Below are positions 1-8,878 of a DNA stretch of 55,544 nt, piece after piece. Every line of letters starts with the position of its first letter. The stretch's first letter is position 1. This DNA is from an uncultured Oscillibacter sp. GTDB lineage: Bacteria > Bacillota > Clostridia > Oscillospirales > Oscillospiraceae. A program made the position numbers and the translations under genes. The notes under the pieces are model-generated. The model was not told the DNA's origin, made no database searches, and saw only the letters and a program-made list of their open reading frames with translations. The stretch lies in NCBI GenBank assembly GCA_964462715.1, contig CAYWYW010000001.1, positions 1-55,544 on the forward strand. The letters run 5' to 3'.

Positions 1-71
1 AGACGAAGGGGATCGAACCCTCGACCTTACGGATGCGAACCGTACGCTCTCCCAGACTGAGCTACGCCCCC
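1..71 (-). tRNA. tRNA-Ala(CGC), 3' end cut by window edge
   Basis: Reverse complement reads GGGGGCGTAGCTCAGTCTGGGAGAGCG-TACGG-TTCGCAT-CCGTA-AGGTCGAGGGTTCGATCCCCTTCGTCT; anticodon CGC, T-loop GTTCGAT, G3:U70 pair. Confidence 0.93.
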
Positions 72-144
72 GGGTATGAAATTTAATGAGATGTGAACCG
101 TGTGCCAGCAAATGAGTTAGGCCCCGGAAAAAGAGGGGCTATGA

Positions 145-180
145 CCGAACCGGGTCTCCTCCCAGCTGAGCTACGCCCCC
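145..180 (-). pseudogene. Degenerate tRNA-Ala-like 5' fragment
   Basis: GGGGGCGTAGCTCAGCTGGGAG duplicates the 5' end of the downstream tRNA-Ala, then diverges; no clear T-arm or acceptor partner. Confidence 0.6.
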
Positions 181-211
181 GTTTGTCGCCGGGATTCCAG
201 CGGCAAATGAT

Positions 212-239
212 ATTATACCATAATTTCCGGGGTTGTAAA
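212..239 (-). promoter_or_regulatory. Sigma-A promoter for the tRNA locus
   Basis: Minus strand TTTACA-N16-TATAAT with extended -10 TG. Confidence 0.6.
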
Positions 240-312
240 GTCTAAATTTAAAAAACAAAAATTTCTGGTTGCTTATTTGAAAAGAATATAGTAGAATAAA
301 TAAGCTATGAAC

Positions 313-453
313 AAGTCCTCCGCGTGCAGCTGCGGAGCCGGTCTCGCGCAATGGGACCCTGCGAACCATGTCAGGCGGGGAACCGAGCAGCATTAAGCGG
401 GACCTTCCATGTGCCGCGAGGGTGCCGGCTCCGCAGCTGCATGCGGGGGACTT
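313..453 (+). ncRNA. ffs: Signal recognition particle RNA (small SRP)
   Basis: Domain IV-like TGTCAGGCGGGGAACCGAGCAGCATTAAGC inside a long closing stem (AAGTCCTCCGCGTGCAGCTGCGGAGCCGG...CCGGCTCCGCAGCTGCATGCGGGGGACTT); usual position directly upstream of dnaX. Confidence 0.88.
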
Positions 454-477
454 ACTCTGTCCAGGGAGGAATTTCCC

Positions 478-2217
478 ATGTATCAGGCCCTGTATCGAAA
501 GTGGCGGCCCAAGGTGTTTTCCGATGTTATCGGGCAGTCTCATATCACGGAGACCCTGCAGAAGCAGGTGGCCGAGGGCCGAACCTCCCATGCCTACCTC
601 TTCACCGGCACCCGGGGCACCGGCAAGACCACCTGCGCCAAAATTTTGGCCAAGGCGGTCAATTGCGAGCATCCGGTGAACGGCGACCCCTGCTGCCAGT
701 GCCCTTCTTGTATCGGCATCGAGAGCAGCAGCTTCCTGGATGTGCTGGAGCTGGATGCCGCCTCTAACAACGGCGTGGACCAGGTGCGTGCCCTGCGGGA
801 CGAGGCAATTTACTCTCCCGCTAACGTGAAAAAGCGGGTCTACATTGTGGACGAGGTCCACATGCTGTCCACTCCGGCTTTTAACGCACTTCTGAAGATC
901 CTGGAGGAGCCGCCGGAGCACCTGATGTTCATTCTGGCCACCACGGAGCTCCACAAGGTGCCCGCCACCATTCTCTCCCGCTGCCAGCGGTACTCCTTTA
1001 AGCGCATCACCCCCACGGACATCGCCAAACGGCTGACCTATGTGGCGGGACAGGAGCAGATCGACCTGACGCCGGACGGCGCGGAGATCCTGGCGCGGCT
1101 GGCGGACGGCGCCCTGCGGGACGGTCTGAGCCTGCTGGACCAGTGCGCGGCAGCAGGCGGCAGAGTGGACAGCGCGGCGGTCTTGGATGTGCTGGGCTTG
1201 GCGGGAAACCTCCAGACGGCGCAGCTTTTGGAGCGCATCCTGCGGCGGGACGCCAAGGCGGCCCTGCTGCTGTTGAACCAGCTCTACGCCGGGGGCAAGG
1301 ACGTGGGCGCCGTGTTGGGAGAGCTTTCCACCCTGGTGCGGGACCTGCTGCTGCGGCGGACCGCCCCGGAGGGCGGCGCTGCGCTGCTGTCCGGCGGATA
1401 CGACTCCGCCACCCTGGACCGGCTGTCCAAAGACGTGCCGGGAAGCCGGTTCCTGCATCTGGCCTCGACGCTGCAGAAGGCCACGGCGGACCTCTATTAC
1501 AGCTCCAACCGCCGCACGGACGCGGAGCTTTGCATCCTGCGGCTGTGTGACGAATCCCTTTCCGGCGACCTGACGGCGCTGGAGGCCCGCATCCAGCGGC
1601 TGGAGGATGCCCTGGCCCGGGGCCGGGTGATCCGCTCCGCCGTGGAGCAGAGCGTGGCTGCCGCGAAGCCTGTCAGGGAACCGGCACCTGCGAAACAGGA
1701 AGATACGCCCCCCTGGGAGGAGCCGCCGGTGAAGAAGATACCTGCGGAGAAAAAGGCCTCCCCGGCGGAAGAGGAACGGCCTCCGCTGCCGGAGGAACCG
1801 CCCATGCCCCAGGAGCCGGGAGAGCGGGTCTTTGACATACCGGAGCCTGTGCGGGAGCCTGCCAGACCTGCCGCCACGGCAACGCCCGGAGCGCCTGCTG
1901 TGGGCGGAAACTGGTGGCGTGCTTTGTCGGAGGCCTGCAAGGGCAGGCTCTCGCCCATGTACCGGGTGTTCCTGGACATGTGCACTGGTGTGCTGGAGGG
2001 CGACCAGCTGACGGTCTACGCCCCCGATGACATTACCCTGGGCCGGTTGGACAATGACCGGGTGAAGGGCGTCCTCAGTGAGGAGGCCGGGAACGCCGCC
2101 GGGACGGCGGTTCGCCTGCTCCTCCGGGTGGGAGAGCCTCCCAAGGCCTCGCCCCAGGAAAATTTGAAAAACCTGCTGAAATTCGGCAGTCAATTTGACA
2201 ATATTGAAATTAAGTAA
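478..2217 (+). CDS. dnaX: DNA polymerase III subunit gamma/tau
   Basis: MYQALYRKWRP start after GGAGG RBS; Walker A GTRGTGKT, DEVHML, SRC motif, Pro-rich linker. Confidence 0.97.
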   Translation: MYQALYRKWRPKVFSDVIGQSHITETLQKQVAEGRTSHAYLFTGTRGTGKTTCAKILAKAVNCEHPVNGDPCCQCPSCIGIESSSFLDVLELDAASNNGVDQVRALRDEAIYSPANVKKRVYIVDEVHMLSTPAFNALLKILEEPPEHLMFILATTELHKVPATILSRCQRYSFKRITPTDIAKRLTYVAGQEQIDLTPDGAEILARLADGALRDGLSLLDQCAAAGGRVDSAAVLDVLGLAGNLQTAQLLERILRRDAKAALLLLNQLYAGGKDVGAVLGELSTLVRDLLLRRTAPEGGAALLSGGYDSATLDRLSKDVPGSRFLHLASTLQKATADLYYSSNRRTDAELCILRLCDESLSGDLTALEARIQRLEDALARGRVIRSAVEQSVAAAKPVREPAPAKQEDTPPWEEPPVKKIPAEKKASPAEEERPPLPEEPPMPQEPGERVFDIPEPVREPARPAATATPGAPAVGGNWWRALSEACKGRLSPMYRVFLDMCTGVLEGDQLTVYAPDDITLGRLDNDRVKGVLSEEAGNAAGTAVRLLLRVGEPPKASPQENLKNLLKFGSQFDNIEIK

Positions 2218-2237
2218 ACAGTAAAGGAGATACAACC

Positions 2238-2600
2238 ATGGGATACAGTGCTCGCCGTGGATTTACAAACGGAAAGGTGTCCGGCGCCCAGCGCCAGGCG
2301 GAATTGCAGCAGAAGATCGCTGCCATGCAGGAGCAGATGAACGCCACCCAGGAGGCCGTGGAGGCCCAGGAGTTTACCGCCAGTGTGGGCGGCGGCGTTG
2401 TGGCGGCCAAGGTCAACGGCAAGAAGGAGGTCCTGTCTGTCACCATCAAGCCCGAGGCCGTGGACCCCGAGGATGTGGAGATGCTGCAGGATCTGGTGGT
2501 CTCCGCCGTCAACGAGGCCCTGCGCCAGGCGGGCGACGCCATGGAAAAGGGCATGAGCGGCCTGACCGGCGGCCTGGACCTGAGTGCGTTTGGCCTGTAA
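2238..2600 (+). CDS. ybaB: YbaB/EbfC nucleoid-associated protein
   Basis: ASVGGGVV...VDPEDVEMLQDLVVSAVNEAL signature; follows dnaX. Confidence 0.93.
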   Translation: MGYSARRGFTNGKVSGAQRQAELQQKIAAMQEQMNATQEAVEAQEFTASVGGGVVAAKVNGKKEVLSVTIKPEAVDPEDVEMLQDLVVSAVNEALRQAGDAMEKGMSGLTGGLDLSAFGL

Positions 2601-2608
2601 ATGAACAG

Positions 2609-2640
2609 AAACAGCCTGCATGAGTTCATGCAGGCTGTTT
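2609..2640 (+). terminator. Inverted repeat after ybaB
   Basis: AAACAGCCTGCATGA-GT-TCATGCAGGCTGTTT. Confidence 0.6.
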
Positions 2641-2660
2641 GTGTAAATAAGGAGAAGAAC

Positions 2661-4412
2661 ATGAAGAAACGGATTTTGGCAGCGGCGCTGGCCTGCCTGC
2701 TGCTGGCCGGATGCGCACCGGGGACCACGGTGCCCTTGGAGGAGGAACCGGCGGTTGAGGGACCGGAAATTGCCTACGTGCCTCTGGACGACCGGCCCGA
2801 CAATGTGGAGCGGGTAGTGTATCTGGCCCAGTCCCTGGGCTACCGGCTGGAAATGCCGGAACTGGCGGACTACCGGACGGCGCTGGACGGCCAACCCAAA
2901 AATTACGACAGCCTCCAGTGCGGGAACCCCTGGTCCCTCTACACCTGGGTGCTGGACCAGGAGGCGGCGGGCTGCGACCGCTACATTCTTTCCCTGGACC
3001 AGCTGCACTCCGGCGGACTGGTCAGCTCCCGGTGCGTAACGGAGGACGAGGTCCCCATCCCCGACGGCGGCACCACCTCCTCGTCTGAACTAATAGATTC
3101 TCTGCTGTCAGCCCTGGCCCAGGATGAAAACAACGTGGTATGGCTGCTGGACAGCGTCATGCGTCTGGCGCCCACGGTGGGCTATCAGGGCGGAACGCTG
3201 GAGGATTACAACGCCCTGCGGGCCTACGGTGCGGCGGGACGGCCGGCGCTCCCGGCCGGAGACCTGGAGGCATCGGACGTCCGGGCCCTCTACCAACTGG
3301 ACAGCGGCGGAGAGCCCCTGGCTCCGGCGGACTTCGGCCTGACGGAGGAACAGGTGGCCTCGTACCTCGCCGCCAGGACCCGGAAGCTGGCGCTGTCGGA
3401 GCGGATGCTCCACACGGTCCAGTGCGGCGGTTATGAGCATTTCCGGGTGCTGATCGGCATTGACGACTCCTCCCAGGAGGAAAGCATCCAGAAGAATGAG
3501 ATCACCTACCTGCGGAGCCAATTGCGTGAGGGGGACGACCTCCTTTCCGGCGTGGACGATCTGGCCTTCAAGGCGGTGACGAAGCTCTATCTGGAGGAGA
3601 CCGGCTGGGAGGGTGCGGACGTGTCCGTGGCGTACTTCGGCGGCACGGAGGACCGGCCCGCCTGCGCCTATGACTACCAGTCCCTGAAGGCCATCATGGC
3701 GGAGCACTTCGGCTTCTTCGGCTTGCGGGAAGTGGCGCCGGGGGCGGAGGACCTGCGGGTGCTGGTGCTGACCCAGCCTGCGGACGAGACGAAAAAGGCA
3801 GAATACTATGAGGCCCTCATCCAGGATTTGAAGACGTGCCGGAGGAACGGATGGCCCGTGATCCTGATAGACGCCGGGAACGGCAAATACGGCACCGCAT
3901 TCCATGACGCGCTGACGGAAGAAGTAGAGTTGGGGTGGCTCCTCAGTTATGCCGGGTTCCTGGACATGGCCATCGTCACCGGCACGGCCTTGAGCCACGG
4001 CGTGGCCCGGTACGCCCATCTCACCCGGGGAGAGACCTCCGACGCGGAGGAGCGGGCCTTTGCCCGGACCTTGGCGGACAGTATCTTCAAGGACTTCTGC
4101 TACAAGCATGTGGTACGGGAGGACCTGCTGGCCTATATCCGCAATGACCTGGGAGGCGACCCCAACAATTTCTGGGTCCCTGAGATCGACCGGGAGGCCG
4201 TGCTGAAGCGGCTGGAGAGCGGCATGGAAAAGAGCACCCGGAAGGTGCTGAAAAACCTGGAGCGCAGCAATATGTTCGTTTCTCTTGACCAGAGCGCAGA
4301 AAACCGCGGAGAGGCGAAGTGGGGGAAGATCGAACTGGAAAACTACCGCTTCCCCTGGGACCGGGCCTTTGAGATCGGCATGGATATTCGTTTGGGAACT
4401 TTTGAAAAATAG
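2661..4412 (+). CDS. DUF4127-family lipoprotein
   Basis: RBS AAGGAG; lipobox LAGC; IAYVPLDDRP and LSLDQLHSGGLVSSR motifs resemble DUF4127. Confidence 0.75.
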   Translation: MKKRILAAALACLLLAGCAPGTTVPLEEEPAVEGPEIAYVPLDDRPDNVERVVYLAQSLGYRLEMPELADYRTALDGQPKNYDSLQCGNPWSLYTWVLDQEAAGCDRYILSLDQLHSGGLVSSRCVTEDEVPIPDGGTTSSSELIDSLLSALAQDENNVVWLLDSVMRLAPTVGYQGGTLEDYNALRAYGAAGRPALPAGDLEASDVRALYQLDSGGEPLAPADFGLTEEQVASYLAARTRKLALSERMLHTVQCGGYEHFRVLIGIDDSSQEESIQKNEITYLRSQLREGDDLLSGVDDLAFKAVTKLYLEETGWEGADVSVAYFGGTEDRPACAYDYQSLKAIMAEHFGFFGLREVAPGAEDLRVLVLTQPADETKKAEYYEALIQDLKTCRRNGWPVILIDAGNGKYGTAFHDALTEEVELGWLLSYAGFLDMAIVTGTALSHGVARYAHLTRGETSDAEERAFARTLADSIFKDFCYKHVVREDLLAYIRNDLGGDPNNFWVPEIDREAVLKRLESGMEKSTRKVLKNLERSNMFVSLDQSAENRGEAKWGKIELENYRFPWDRAFEIGMDIRLGTFEK

Positions 4413-4461
4413 CGGGAAAAGCCGCCTGCCTGCTGTTGGCGAGCTGGCTTAACAGGCAAAC

Positions 4462-4495
4462 TCCCCCCTGTGCAGAAAAAGCTGCACAGGGGGGA
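4462..4495. terminator. Stem-loop downstream of the DUF4127 gene
   Basis: TCCCCCCTGTGCAG-AAAAAG-CTGCACAGGGGGGA. Confidence 0.55.
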
Positions 4496-4701
4496 TTGCT
4501 ATAGCTGAACAGAGCGACCAATTTGACAAGGATCAAACAAAAGACAGCCTGCCATACATCACACATACTTCGCAACAAATGATTAGAAAAACCAGCTGCA
4601 TGATTGAACCCCTTTCAGGGTATCTGTGGAAGGCGGCTTTGGGGACTGCAAAAAAAGCAAAAAGAACCCCCAAACCCTTGCGTATCAAGGATTTGGGGAT
4701 T

Positions 4702-4725
4702 TGGCGGAGAAGGAGGGATTCGAAC
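4702..4725. repeat. att core (distal copy of tRNA-Ser 3' end)
   Basis: Identical to 49939-49962. Confidence 0.93.
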
Positions 4726-4852
4726 TGGTATATACTGGATTTTACCATCTGCCGGGGCATTTCTCCATGTGCCGCTAAGTATTGCAATTCCAGACTTTTT
4801 TGAGAAGTAAATCTTATTTGATGTCAGTACGTGCCGACCGATTCTGCCGTGG

Positions 4853-4893
4853 TAAGGGTCAGGATAAGGGTCAGGATAAGGGTCAGAATAAGG
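4853..4893 (+). repeat. Tandem 12-bp-period TAAGGGTCAG repeats, putative integrase arm sites
   Basis: TAAGGGTCAG at 4853, 4865 and 4877, partial at 4889; same motif at 49871 and 49883. Confidence 0.8.
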
Positions 4894-4920
4894 CTTGGTT
4901 ATGATTGGCCGGGAAGACAT

Positions 4921-4966
4921 GACAGGGGTGGAAAAAATGGGTTGTCCCATTCTTTCCACCCTTGTT
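4921..4966 (-). terminator. Stem-loop ending the leftward operon
   Basis: GACAGGGGTGGAAA...TTTCCACCCTTGTT. Confidence 0.55.
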
Positions 4967-5030
4967 GACTCAAAATTATTTGATGTAGAACCTGCTGCAC
5001 TGAAAGGGGATCCCGATTTCAAAAAATCTG

Positions 5031-5438
5031 CTACGACTTTTTTGCGGGTTTCACCATACCACGGTCACTTTTTTCAAAACCGAATTTGGCGTAGAACGGC
5101 TGTGCGTCACGGCTTACCAGAATACCCCGCAGGTCACGAAACAACGGGTTCGTCTGAATGGCTTCCAGCAGCGTACGTCCAACGCCCTTGTGCTGCCAGG
5201 AGGGGTCAACGACTACATCACAGAGGTAGTAGGTCGTTCCATAATCCGTTACAACACGGGCAAAGGCGATTTGCCTGCCGGTCTTGCGGCAGCGTGCTCC
5301 GTAGCAAAAGGAGTGCTCCATTGCCAGCCGCTCCTGCTGCTCGGAGCGGTGAGATGCCCAATGGGTAGTTTTCAGCAGGGCCATCACAGCATCCACCTGC
5401 ATATTGTCAAGGCCTTCAATGATGTCAAAATCCTGCAT
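5031..5438 (-). CDS. GNAT family N-acetyltransferase
   Basis: FARVVTDY...CDVVVDPSWQHKGVG acetyl-CoA motif; FYAKFGF. Confidence 0.88.
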   Translation of the reverse strand: MQDFDIIEGLDNMQVDAVMALLKTTHWASHRSEQQERLAMEHSFCYGARCRKTGRQIAFARVVTDYGTTYYLCDVVVDPSWQHKGVGRTLLEAIQTNPLFRDLRGILVSRDAQPFYAKFGFEKSDRGMVKPAKKS

Positions 5439-5490
5439 AGATGCGCTCCTGACTGCGGAAAGGCTTGGTTTCTATGGGAGAGAACGTTTC

Positions 5491-6420
5491 TCAATCCTCC
5501 GGCAGCTTCCAGTTGAAGAACCGCAGATAGGGATCACTGGTTTTCTTGCGGAAGGCGTCCATATCCCGCTCCCGCCAGTCGTAGTAGCCGACGCCGGTCT
5601 TATAGCCCAGGTTGCCCCGGTCCAGACGCTCCTGCAGGGAGGGATGGACCGTTTTGGTGTCGCACAGGTCGGGATAGAGATAGGTCTCGATGTTGGCGAT
5701 CAGGTCCAGACCCGCGTAGTCGAAGTGGTCGAACAGGCCGATGGAGGTGTACCGGGGCCCCCAACTGGAACGGATGCACTTGTCGATGTCCTCCGGGCCG
5801 CAGATGCCCTGCTCCACCATATAGACCGCCTCGCGGTACAGCGCGTGCTGCAGACGGTTGGCGATGAAGCCGGGAGCGGGCTTATTCATTTTGCAGACTT
5901 CCCGGCCGCAGGATTCCAGCAGCGTGACGACAGCGTCCAGTGCCTCCTGGGAGGTGAAGTCATTCTTCACCAGCTCCACGCAGGGGACCATGTGGGGCGG
6001 GTTGTACGGATGGGCCACCATGACCTTCTCCCGCTGGGACACACCGTTGGCCAGGTCCACAGGCGAGATGGCGGAGGTGGTGGAGGCGATGGCCTTCAGA
6101 TGGGGGCAGTTGGCCTCGATCTGGCGGTAGACCTCGTACTTGACATCCGGCTTTTCGGTGACGCACTCAATGACGACTTCCACATCCGCCAAATCAGCGT
6201 AGTTCTCCGTGAAGGACAGGCGCTTTTCGCAAGCAGTGGCCTGCTTTTCCGTGACAAGGCCCTGGGCGATCAAGTCCTTGTAGTAGGTGCGGTATTTTTC
6301 CAGACCGACCTCACTGTTTTTGGCAAGGACGATGGTGGGAATGCCGTTGCCGGTGAACAGCACAGCCAGGCTGATGCCGATCATACCTTTGCCGATAATG
6401 GCGACAGAACGCTCAGACAT
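5491..6420 (-). CDS. 3-hydroxyacyl-CoA dehydrogenase family protein (lambda-crystallin/gulonate dehydrogenase-like)
   Basis: GKGMIG Rossmann motif; AHPYNPPHMVPCVE; PGFIANRLQHAL; RBS GAGGTG before ATG at 6420. Confidence 0.85.
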   Translation of the reverse strand: MSERSVAIIGKGMIGISLAVLFTGNGIPTIVLAKNSEVGLEKYRTYYKDLIAQGLVTEKQATACEKRLSFTENYADLADVEVVIECVTEKPDVKYEVYRQIEANCPHLKAIASTTSAISPVDLANGVSQREKVMVAHPYNPPHMVPCVELVKNDFTSQEALDAVVTLLESCGREVCKMNKPAPGFIANRLQHALYREAVYMVEQGICGPEDIDKCIRSSWGPRYTSIGLFDHFDYAGLDLIANIETYLYPDLCDTKTVHPSLQERLDRGNLGYKTGVGYYDWRERDMDAFRKKTSDPYLRFFNWKLPED

Positions 6421-6432
6421 ATTTCGCACCTC

Positions 6433-7380
6433 TTAGAGTTCGCCTTTACGCATGATGTAATCGTAAGCGATACGGGCGTTGTTGGTGGAGATATACTCCA
6501 TGCACTCCGGCTGGCCGATGTCTACGGGGCAACGGTCCGCGAAGTTGATGCGCTCGATGCACTCCTCGCGGGTCCAGCCCTTGTTGATGATGGCGTCGCC
6601 CACCGTGCTGAGCCACTGGTAGATGAACTGCTTGTTCTGAGCGATGCACTCCTTGCCCATGACGGGGCCGTGGCCGGGGATGATGTAATCTACATCCAGG
6701 CTCTGCAGCCAATCCAGGCTCTTGAACAGAGCGTCGAAATCGATGGAGTGGAACCAGATCTGGCAGTTATTGAAGATGTTGTCGCCGACGAACACCACGC
6801 GCTCCTCGGGGCAGTAGATGCTGGTCTGCTCGGGGGAGTGGCCGGGAGTGTGGTAGCACTCAAAGGTGTGGTCGCCCACCTTCAGCGTCAGCTTGTCGGT
6901 AAAGGTGATATCGGGCTTGCCAATCTCCTCCTCGCCCTCGGGCAGCAGCAGGTCGACCTTGGTGGGGTCCTGGCGCTTCAGCAGGTCCAGGTTGTACTCA
7001 TAGGTGGTCTGGTTGAACGCGGGGGGGATTTTGTAGTAACCGTTGAGCACCTTTTCGTGGGCGATGATGGTGGCGCCCTCCTTCTTCAGGTAGGGGTTGC
7101 CGAAAACGTGGTCGATGTGGGACTCGGTGTTGATCAGATACTTGATGCCGCCGCACTTCTCCTTGGCGAAGGCGATCATCTGCTCCAGCTGGGTGAACCA
7201 CTGGGCGGTATCAATAAACACAGCGCCCTCGCTGGTCATGACCATGCTGGGGTCGCAGCCGCGCATACCAGTGAAGGTATAGACGTTCGGGGTGATCTGC
7301 TCGATCTCAATATCGGGGGAGCTGATAGCGTGATCGTAATCTGCCCAATGGCTCTCGCCAATTCCAACAACTTTTAACAT
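6433..7380 (-). CDS. Metallo-beta-lactamase-fold hydrolase (cyclase-like)
   Basis: INTESHIDHVFGN, TPGHS, GD and IPGHG motifs. Confidence 0.87.
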   Translation of the reverse strand: MLKVVGIGESHWADYDHAISSPDIEIEQITPNVYTFTGMRGCDPSMVMTSEGAVFIDTAQWFTQLEQMIAFAKEKCGGIKYLINTESHIDHVFGNPYLKKEGATIIAHEKVLNGYYKIPPAFNQTTYEYNLDLLKRQDPTKVDLLLPEGEEEIGKPDITFTDKLTLKVGDHTFECYHTPGHSPEQTSIYCPEERVVFVGDNIFNNCQIWFHSIDFDALFKSLDWLQSLDVDYIIPGHGPVMGKECIAQNKQFIYQWLSTVGDAIINKGWTREECIERINFADRCPVDIGQPECMEYISTNNARIAYDYIMRKGEL

Positions 7381-7395
7381 AGAATTATATCCTCC

Positions 7396-8073
7396 TTAAT
7401 TCTTGTGAGTTTGCGCCTGTGATGTGCTGATTCCAGCCAATGTCTGGATTTTTTGTTCTAGATGGCCACGAAAGAAGGATACCATCCGGCCTGTCAGGAG
7501 CATGGTTACTACCGTACCAAGTCCAATCCCGACGACCTTTCCGGCAACCGCTAGACCGATTGCACAGGAAAGCGTTACACTTATGGCATCAATCACATTT
7601 TTACCAAATCCAACGTCTCTTCTCAGAATGCTTCCTACGGTATCCGCCAAAGCGTCTGCCGGGTTTGCAATCAGCTTCATGTCCACCATCAGTAATAATC
7701 CAAGCGCCGAGAATCCGATCGCGGCAAACAGCACAAAAAGGCGCTGCCACACAGTATCAGGTGAAATCCGGATATACTTTCCGAATGCTGTCAGGAGAGC
7801 ACTGAAAATTGCGCTGAAAGGAAGTTGTAAGCAAATACTCCAGTGCCGATTCTCTTTTTTTAAAAGAAGTTGGAGAAGAATCGCAACCATATAGACTACA
7901 AAAGTCAATCTGCCATAATCCAATCCCCAGACCAGAGATCCGGCGTAGGCAATGGATGCCACGGCTCCTACCCCAAACTGTGTTTTGGTGTTCAGGGTAA
8001 GGCCGACCGCCATGCAAATTACACCAGTCACATAAAAAAGGCATCTCCAAAGAAAAGCATATCTCTTCTTCAC
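7396..8073 (-). CDS. YczE/YitT-like membrane protein
   Basis: Multiple TM helices with duplicated halves; VGIGLGTVVTMLLTG. Confidence 0.75.
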   Translation of the reverse strand: MKKRYAFLWRCLFYVTGVICMAVGLTLNTKTQFGVGAVASIAYAGSLVWGLDYGRLTFVVYMVAILLQLLLKKENRHWSICLQLPFSAIFSALLTAFGKYIRISPDTVWQRLFVLFAAIGFSALGLLLMVDMKLIANPADALADTVGSILRRDVGFGKNVIDAISVTLSCAIGLAVAGKVVGIGLGTVVTMLLTGRMVSFFRGHLEQKIQTLAGISTSQAQTHKN

Positions 8074-8203
8074 TTTTTCACCTTAACATATCTTAGGTAT
8101 CGAGAAAGCCACCGGCGTGTTAGTAATCGGCATAATGGCTCTCACCGAACCCAAAGCCTTTAACACGGGTGTCTTTCTTCCCACTTTTTTGCCTGATAAC
8201 GGC

Positions 8204-8836
8204 TTATTTGCCCAGAGCGTGGAGGATGGCCTGAGAGGTCTCCTCCACAGTGGCCTGATTCTCCACAAATTTCAGGAGCCCCCGCTGAGCGTAGAACGCC
8301 TTCAGCGGCTCGGTCTCCTTATGATAGACATCAAGACGCGCTTTCACGGTCTCGGGGGCATCATCCTTCCGCTGGACCAGCTTGCCGCCGCACTTGTCGC
8401 AGATACCCTCCTGCTTGGGGGGCACAGCCACCAGATGGTAGCTGGCACCGCAGGATTCGCAGACTCTGCGGCCGCTCATGCGCTCCATGATGACCTCATC
8501 GGAGATCTCAATGGAGACCACGTCGTCAAACACGATCCCGGCCTTCTCCATTGCCTCAGCCTGGGCGATGGTGCGGGGCACGCCGTCCAGGATGTAGCCG
8601 TTCTTGCAGTCATCCTCGGCCACCCGCTCAGTGATGATGCCGATGATGACATCATCAGGCACCAGCTTGCCCTCGTCCATGTAGGCTTTTGCCTTCATGC
8701 CGGTGGGGGTGCCGTTTTTGATGGCGGCGCGGAGGATGTTGCCGGTGGAGATGGTGGGGATATCCAGCTCTTTACACAGGATGTCGGCCTGTGTGCCCTT
8801 GCCGGCGCCGGGGGCGCCCAATAGAATCAGTTTCAT
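8204..8836 (-). CDS. adk: Adenylate kinase (island-borne copy)
   Basis: GAPGAGKGTQA, ISTGNILR, ILDGVPRT, Zn lid CESC..CDKC. Confidence 0.95.
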   Translation of the reverse strand: MKLILLGAPGAGKGTQADILCKELDIPTISTGNILRAAIKNGTPTGMKAKAYMDEGKLVPDDVIIGIITERVAEDDCKNGYILDGVPRTIAQAEAMEKAGIVFDDVVSIEISDEVIMERMSGRRVCESCGASYHLVAVPPKQEGICDKCGGKLVQRKDDAPETVKARLDVYHKETEPLKAFYAQRGLLKFVENQATVEETSQAILHALGK

Positions 8837-8878
8837 ACAGGTGTCCTCTCGCCTCCGGTGAAAACCGGAGGCTAATTA

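Noticed and set aside
139-2235. 698-aa minus-strand ORF
   Set aside because: Antisense shadow of dnaX and ffs, expected in GC-rich coding DNA; no motifs
4853-4893. Short tandem repeat considered as CRISPR or coding repeat (PYPD in ORF 4615-5022)
   Set aside because: No spacers or cas genes; the motif recurs at the other island end, which fits integrase arm sites
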